Made by a program: the position numbers and the translations under genes | The notes under the pieces: generated by a model | What the model saw: the letters and a program-made list of their open reading frames with translations, nothing else | What the model was told of the DNA's origin: nothing | Database searches by the model: none | DNA from: Candidatus Delongbacteria bacterium | GTDB taxonomy: Bacteria; UBA4055 | DNA: 52,859 bases | NCBI GenBank assembly: GCA_016937995.1 | Contig: JAFGVM010000029.1 | Coordinates: 1-52,859 of the forward strand | Direction: 5' to 3' | Shown: positions 47,711 through 52,859 of the stretch, piece by piece | Layout of the letters: every line of letters begins with the position of its first letter | How positions within the stretch are numbered: position 1 is the first letter of the stretch

Positions 47711-48425
47711 TGTATTCTATATCTCCTGTTGAAATATTAATGATATTATTTTCATTAACCAGTTTAAGAATTCCTAAGTCATCAATTGATAATACAGTTC
47801 CGGATATTTTATCATTGCCGTGAGTTACTGTTACGAATTTTCCCAGAATAGAAGACTCTTCAGCCCATATCCCAGTGATCTTTTCAGGTTCATCCGCATT
47901 GTATTTTATAAAGGAGTTATTTATGCTGTCAACAAGTTCAAATTTAAACTTCTCAAGGTCCGGTTGTAGATCAGACTCTTTTTCTATGGTTGTCCAGGGT
48001 ATCTCTATCTTTCCTGCAGGTTTAAATTCCAAAACGTTTATTCCCACTCCGACAATAATGCTGTCCGAAACATACTCTGACAATACTCCACATATCTTTT
48101 TATCCCCGATAAGAATGTCATTCGGCCATTTTAAAATAATTTTATCATGATCGATATACCTGCTCAAAAGATCCCTTATTCCCAAAGAGAACAGGAAAGA
48201 GAATCTGACCGCATTTTCAGGTTCAGTGATACCTTTTACTAAAAATGAACTGAATATCGATCTATATTTTTCCCCAAACCATGATCTATCGAATCTGCCT
48301 CTGCCACTAGTCTGTTCAGAAGCAAAAACAACTGTCCCATTTTCAAGGTCGGATGAATTGCTCTTGACAAAATTATTTGTTGAGTCAACAGTATCAATAT
48401 TAATTATATTTGTAAATTTGTCCAT
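47703..48425 (-). CDS. birA: Biotin-[acetyl-CoA-carboxylase] ligase (no HTH domain)
   Basis: DSTN, QTSGRGRFDRSW, LKWPND, KKICGVL, GVGIN. Confidence 0.92.
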   Translation of the reverse strand: MDKFTNIINIDTVDSTNNFVKSNSSDLENGTVVFASEQTSGRGRFDRSWFGEKYRSIFSSFLVKGITEPENAVRFSFLFSLGIRDLLSRYIDHDKIILKWPNDILIGDKKICGVLSEYVSDSIIVGVGINVLEFKPAGKIEIPWTTIEKESDLQPDLEKFKFELVDSINNSFIKYNADEPEKITGIWAEESSILGKFVTVTHGNDKISGTVLSIDDLGILKLVNENNIINISTGDIEYND

Positions 48426-48437
48426 GTCCGCTACAAA

Positions 48438-48620
48438 TTATTTTTTATTTAATTCGCCATCGATCTCATCATTATCTGAGAAAAAAGTATTTTTTAAATT
48501 CTGATCTTCAAAAAGCTTTAAAAGCTCTCTGACGTCTTTCTGCGATACAACAGGAAGAACAGGAGTATCCTTAATAAACCTTAACTGTGATGCTTTTTTC
48601 TTCAATTTGATGCTAGTCAT
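48438..48620 (-). CDS. Small hypothetical protein
   Basis: 60-aa ORF overlapping the ABC ATPase stop, inside a co-oriented run. Confidence 0.45.
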   Translation of the reverse strand: MTSIKLKKKASQLRFIKDTPVLPVVSQKDVRELLKLFEDQNLKNTFFSDNDEIDGELNKK

Positions 48621-49395
48621 TTACATTCCCGGTTTCTTTTTGTTTTACTGTCTCATACTCTTGTACTAAATAAATGAAAATTTCTTCCATATAATATTTT
48701 CCGGTGATCTCACGCAGTTCGTTCAAAGTGCCTGTAGTAAGAAGTTTTCCATTGTTTATAACTCCTATTCTGTCACATACTTTTTCTACTTCACCCATAT
48801 TATGAGATGAAAATATTACAGTTTTACCATGATCTCTCAGGTCAAGAATATGCTCATGTATCTTCTGAGCCACTATAACATCAAGACCACTGCTCGGTTC
48901 ATCAAGTATCAGTACAGGAGGGTCATGAACTATTGTACGTGCAATAGATGTGATCTGTTTCATTCCTGTTGAAAGTTTTTCAGACAGGGTGTCAGCATAT
49001 TTTGTGATATTGAAGTATTCTATCAGATGTTCAACACGTTCTTCTGTCTTATCTTCAGGATATCCGTTCAGATTTGCAAAATATGTTATGATCTCTCTGG
49101 GAGACAGTCTCGGGTAGAGAGCTGTAGTAGCTGACAGGAATCCCATTGATTTTCTAACATTTTGTGGATCTTTAATAGTATCAAAACCATTGATAGAAAT
49201 ATTTCCGGAGTGTGGTTTCATCAGAGTGGCCATCATTCTCAAAGTTGTTGTTTTACCTGCTCCGTTAGGCCCTAAAAGACCGAATATCTCACCTGAATAT
49301 GCAGTGAAGCTGAGATCGTTCACTGCTAGAACTGTACCTCTCTGCTCATCGTAGAATTCTTTTTTCAGGTTTTTTATTATTATTTTTTCTTCCAT
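48613..49395 (-). CDS. ABC transporter ATP-binding protein (NatA-like)
   Basis: GPNGAGKT, LSTGM, ILDEP, SSH. Confidence 0.9.
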   Translation of the reverse strand: MEEKIIIKNLKKEFYDEQRGTVLAVNDLSFTAYSGEIFGLLGPNGAGKTTTLRMMATLMKPHSGNISINGFDTIKDPQNVRKSMGFLSATTALYPRLSPREIITYFANLNGYPEDKTEERVEHLIEYFNITKYADTLSEKLSTGMKQITSIARTIVHDPPVLILDEPSSGLDVIVAQKIHEHILDLRDHGKTVIFSSHNMGEVEKVCDRIGVINNGKLLTTGTLNELREITGKYYMEEIFIYLVQEYETVKQKETGNVND

Positions 49396-50603
49396 CGTGC
49401 GAACCGTCCCTTTATTTGTTTTAACAAAGAAGTATTTGAGATGCCGAGAATTATTTCTTCCTCAAGCATAAAAGGTAATAGGTATTTATACAACATGAGC
49501 ATCCATATGAGTGAAAAAGAAACCGTCTGAGCAAAAAATAATATTTGAAAATCATTTACGAGCAGTAATTTGATCATCATAGCGATATTCAATACAGGTA
49601 TAACAGAGAAAATAAACCCCGGTTCTATACCGGGGATTATCACAACGTACGACATCATCATAAATGCCATAAAAAATGGAGTTATTAGAATATTTCCCTC
49701 TTTTCTTGTTTTTGCAAATCCGGCTGCAGCCACAAATATCAGGGACATGATATGTGACATCAGGGTTAATGACAAAAAAGTGATAGAAATAGTTCTAAAA
49801 TTAAAGATCAGGCTCCAGTCAAACTCAAGGCTTTTTCCAGCGAATTGCATCATAAGGGTGTTGATTATTTGTATGATGACGAAAGTAAGAAATGAAAAGT
49901 TCAATATACCGCCTATAAGTCCATATATGTTTGTAGCAAATAGTTTTGCCATTATTATCTTAAATCTCGAGAGAGATGTAGTGAGGGTTGTTTCAGTAGT
50001 TTTATCCTCAGTATGTCCTGCGGTCAGTTCAACTGCTCCGGTACCTAACCCGGCTATAATTGTTATTATGGACATTAAAGGTATTATCATTGATAGTATT
50101 CTGGTCATATTTTCATATTCACCGTCGATATTATGCTTTATCACCCAGAAAGTGTTAAAATAATCTTTGTCATATGGACTTAAGTCTATTCTCTGCCCAA
50201 GCTGAAGATCGTAGTAATCAGACAATATTACTTTTAATTTCTCAGAAAACTCTTTCTGTATCGCATTTGTGCTGTCTAAATGCAAAGTATAGAAAGGAAG
50301 AGAATCAACCTGGTTCACCAACAGATACATGCTGTTCTTATTAAAATCCTCATCCGATGTTTCAGATATGATGAAGTTTTTTATAGTTGCAATTGAATCT
50401 TTCACAGATAAAAATTGTTCAGATCTGATATCCAGTGACAGGTTAATTTCCTGATTATCTGTCAAACCGCTTTTCACCATCAAAAATTGAGTGATACCCC
50501 AATACAGCGTGGGGTAGAGAATAACAGGAACCAGTATGATCATCAGGGTGGTGTATTTGTTCCTTATAAGGTCTTTAAGATATATAAGTATGAGTGCTTT
50601 CAT
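49380..50603 (-). CDS. ABC-2 permease (NatB-like)
   Basis: N-terminal TM, soluble loop, several C-terminal TMs; EDKTTET; overlaps the ATPase start. Confidence 0.8.
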   Translation of the reverse strand: MKALILIYLKDLIRNKYTTLMIILVPVILYPTLYWGITQFLMVKSGLTDNQEINLSLDIRSEQFLSVKDSIATIKNFIISETSDEDFNKNSMYLLVNQVDSLPFYTLHLDSTNAIQKEFSEKLKVILSDYYDLQLGQRIDLSPYDKDYFNTFWVIKHNIDGEYENMTRILSMIIPLMSIITIIAGLGTGAVELTAGHTEDKTTETTLTTSLSRFKIIMAKLFATNIYGLIGGILNFSFLTFVIIQIINTLMMQFAGKSLEFDWSLIFNFRTISITFLSLTLMSHIMSLIFVAAAGFAKTRKEGNILITPFFMAFMMMSYVVIIPGIEPGFIFSVIPVLNIAMMIKLLLVNDFQILFFAQTVSFSLIWMLMLYKYLLPFMLEEEIILGISNTSLLKQIKGRFARWKKK

Positions 50604-50672
50604 AAAAACTCTTCAATTATTATCAAGTTATAAAGATAAGTAACAGGCAGATCAATAACAACTTAAAAAAAT

Positions 50673-50725
50673 ATGACATCCGTCATTGTAATGATTACAA
50701 ACTTGTAATAGATTGTAATTGTAAG
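50673..50725. promoter_or_regulatory. Cluster of palindromes and TTGTAA repeats in a divergent promoter region
   Basis: ATGAC-atcc-GTCAT; TTGTAAT-g-ATTACAA; further TTGTAA copies. Confidence 0.45.
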
Positions 50726-50750
50726 AAGAAAATTAAATAAGGAGTTTGAA

Positions 50751-50855
50751 ATGAAGTACTTATCAACTAACAACAGCAACTACAGATCACATACATTTAT
50801 GGAATTCTTTAAGAAATCAGAACGTAGAAAGAAGTCATATAAAATGAAAAAATAA
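50751..50855 (+). CDS. Putative 34-aa basic small protein
   Basis: AAGGAG-6 nt-ATG; MKYLSTNNSNYRSHTFMEFFKKSERRKKSYKMKK. Confidence 0.4.
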   Translation: MKYLSTNNSNYRSHTFMEFFKKSERRKKSYKMKK

Positions 50856-50917
50856 GTTGCTTAACTTTAACATTGAGGACAATAGTTTAAGTTATAAAAG
50901 AGATATACAACGGGGCA

Positions 50918-52738
50918 TCAATTGATGCCCTTTATCTTTTCAGCCAGATCCTGTGTTATCCCTTTTACTGACAATAATTCATCAAGGGATGCCTCTTTAA
51001 TCCGTTTTAATGATGAAAATTTTTGCATAAGCAATTTTCTGGTAGCAGGACCGATCCCTTTGATGTCCTCCAGTGAACTGCCTATAGACCTGCCCCTTAG
51101 GTTTTTATGATAAGTTATTGCAAACCTGTGAGATTCATCTCTGACCTGCTGCAGTAATTTTAAAGCTGATGAAGTTCTTGGGATGATTATTGCTTCACTT
51201 TTACCAGGAACAAAGACTTCCTCAAGTCTTTTTGCAAGACCGATGACCGGCACATCGGATATACCGACTTCACTGAGTATCCTAACAGCTGATGACAGCT
51301 GACCTTTTCCACCGTCGACCATGATAAGGTCAGGAAAAACAGGTTCTTCTTCATCAGAGAGTCTTTTATATCTGCGTTCAACTACTTCACGCATTGATGC
51401 AAAATCGTCGATACCTTCAACAGTATTTATCTTAAATCTTCGGTAACCTGATTTGAATGGCTTTGCATTCTTGAAAGTTACCATCGATGCAACTGTTTCT
51501 TTCCCGGCAAAATGTGATATGTCAAAACATTCTATTATGTTCGGCAACTTCTTAAGTGAAAGGTCTCTCATAAGAGAATTCAAACTTCTCGGAGTAAAAT
51601 CTTTCTTTAATTTTTCAAGCTTCATGTCATTAAGCAATAATTTTGCGTTCTTTTGGGCCAGGAATAAAAGCTTTGCTTTGTCACCAATAGATGGTTTTGT
51701 TATGGTTACTTTGTGGTCTTCAATTGAACTTAACCACTGTTCGATCACAGCTACATCATCCATTTCAATATCCATGACTATTTCTGCAGGTATGTCATAT
51801 CTTGAAATGTCATAGTATAGTTTAATGAATTCTTCTATTACCTCAGATCCTGTTCTTCCGTAAACACTTTTTAAAAAGAAATGATTTCTGGCTATCAGTC
51901 TACCGTTCCTGAGTTTAAAAACTGCACAACAAGCATCATTGTCCTCGATCTCAACAGCAAAGTAATCTCTCGATATATTAGAAGCATTTTCAACTTTCTG
52001 GCGTACAGAGAACTGATCTACCATTTCAACCGCATCTCTATATTCAGCAGCAGCTTCAAAATTAAGATCTTTTGAGGCTTTTTTCATTTGATCGATTATA
52101 GTGTCGTTCAGATGATTTGATCTGCCGTTAAAAAAAGCTGCTATGTTCTTTATCCTGTCATTATAATCCTGAATATCATCAAGCCCTACGCAAGGTCCAT
52201 TGCAGATCTTTATATGATGATCCAGGCATAATCTGTGTTTTTTATCTCTGATAGAATCTTCTGTTATATTAAGTTTGCAATTTCTGAGTTTTAAGATTTT
52301 TTTCAGATTTTTCAATAGATTTCTAACATTTCTGACATTGATAAATGGTCCCAGGTACTTTGAGCCGTCATTGATGATCTTTCTTGTTATGAATATCTGA
52401 GGGAATAATTCTTTTGTGATCCTGATATAAGGATATGATTTATCATCTTTCAGGTCAATATTGTATTTAGGTTTATGTTTTTTTATCAGGTTAGCTTCTA
52501 ATAGCAGTGCTTCAAGTTCATTGTCAGTTATTATATATTCAATATCATGGATCTTGTTAACAAGTATCTCAGTCTTAAATTGCTGATGCTTGCCAATGTT
52601 AAGGAAATATGATTTAACTCTAGAGCGTAGATTTTTCGCTTTTCCGATGTAAATTATCTTCCCGGACTTATTTTTGTAAAAATAGACACCGGAAGAAGTA
52701 GGTAAGTTTTTAAGAATATTTTCGAATTTATTTTTCAT
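50918..52738 (-). CDS. uvrC: Excinuclease ABC subunit C
   Basis: GVY..IYIGKAKNLRSRV (GIY-YIG), IECFDISH, DGGKGQ, RDESHRFA, HhH GIGP. Confidence 0.97.
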   Translation of the reverse strand: MKNKFENILKNLPTSSGVYFYKNKSGKIIYIGKAKNLRSRVKSYFLNIGKHQQFKTEILVNKIHDIEYIITDNELEALLLEANLIKKHKPKYNIDLKDDKSYPYIRITKELFPQIFITRKIINDGSKYLGPFINVRNVRNLLKNLKKILKLRNCKLNITEDSIRDKKHRLCLDHHIKICNGPCVGLDDIQDYNDRIKNIAAFFNGRSNHLNDTIIDQMKKASKDLNFEAAAEYRDAVEMVDQFSVRQKVENASNISRDYFAVEIEDNDACCAVFKLRNGRLIARNHFFLKSVYGRTGSEVIEEFIKLYYDISRYDIPAEIVMDIEMDDVAVIEQWLSSIEDHKVTITKPSIGDKAKLLFLAQKNAKLLLNDMKLEKLKKDFTPRSLNSLMRDLSLKKLPNIIECFDISHFAGKETVASMVTFKNAKPFKSGYRRFKINTVEGIDDFASMREVVERRYKRLSDEEEPVFPDLIMVDGGKGQLSSAVRILSEVGISDVPVIGLAKRLEEVFVPGKSEAIIIPRTSSALKLLQQVRDESHRFAITYHKNLRGRSIGSSLEDIKGIGPATRKLLMQKFSSLKRIKEASLDELLSVKGITQDLAEKIKGIN

Positions 52739-52772
52739 AGGTATAATATAGTAATAAAAGTCAGAAATTACG

Positions 52773-52859
52773 AGTTAGAAGTTAGAAGTTAGAAGTTAGA
52801 AGTTAGAAGTTAGAAGTTAGAAGTTAGAAGTTAGAAGTTAGAAGTTAGAAGTTAGAAGT
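52773..52859 (+). repeat. Perfect heptamer tandem array (AGTTAGA)12+, truncated by window end
   Basis: 87 nt of agttaga; reads (TCTAACT)n on the uvrC sense strand. Confidence 0.95.

Noticed and set aside
50913-50930. Perfect 18-bp palindrome gggcatcaattgatgccc over the uvrC stop
   Set aside because: Most simply a terminator-like hairpin at the gene end; single copy with no further support.
52773-52859. Telomere-like repeat suggesting a eukaryotic or linear end
   Set aside because: Gene content is bacterial, and related heptamer arrays occur internally in intergenic spacers.

Overview
AT-rich bacterial chromosomal segment, probably from an anaerobic diderm (GT9 heptosyltransferase, MltC-like enzyme, HdrABC, Fhs, a selenoprotein); the taxon cannot be fixed from the sequence alone. 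From left to right: an FGE/SUMF1-domain protein; an accessory defence block (multi-domain mcrB, rhuM-like gene, mcrC, ORF6N protein); a 2052-aa single-chain AddB-AddA helicase-nuclease; a cupin and arcA; and a four-helix-bundle (IVS/Avd-like) pseudogene absent from the ORF track. Next is an 11.4-kb co-oriented cluster joining hdrA(-mvhD)/hdrC/hdrB to a membrane-anchor-less fumarate-reductase-like Fe-S + flavoprotein pair, sucCD, a two-subunit fumarase and malic enzyme. Then come a UGA-recoded selenocysteine peroxiredoxin and housekeeping genes (acyl-CoA synthetase-ACP-acyltransferase, fhs, ruvAC, yebC, greA, csp, argD, pcm, birA, natAB-like, uvrC). The best candidates for undescribed biology are: (1) the Hdr-linked soluble fumarate/succinate oxidoreductase module; (2) polarised, mutually complementary 7-nt tandem arrays that follow stop codons and precede gene starts, enclose cargo genes (four-helix bundle, cupin) or nothing, and contribute promoter elements; (3) palindromes inside the ORF6N and RhuM coding sequences, plus an operator/promoter block shared by two unrelated accessory genes. 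No rRNA, tRNA, CRISPR array or transposase was recognised.
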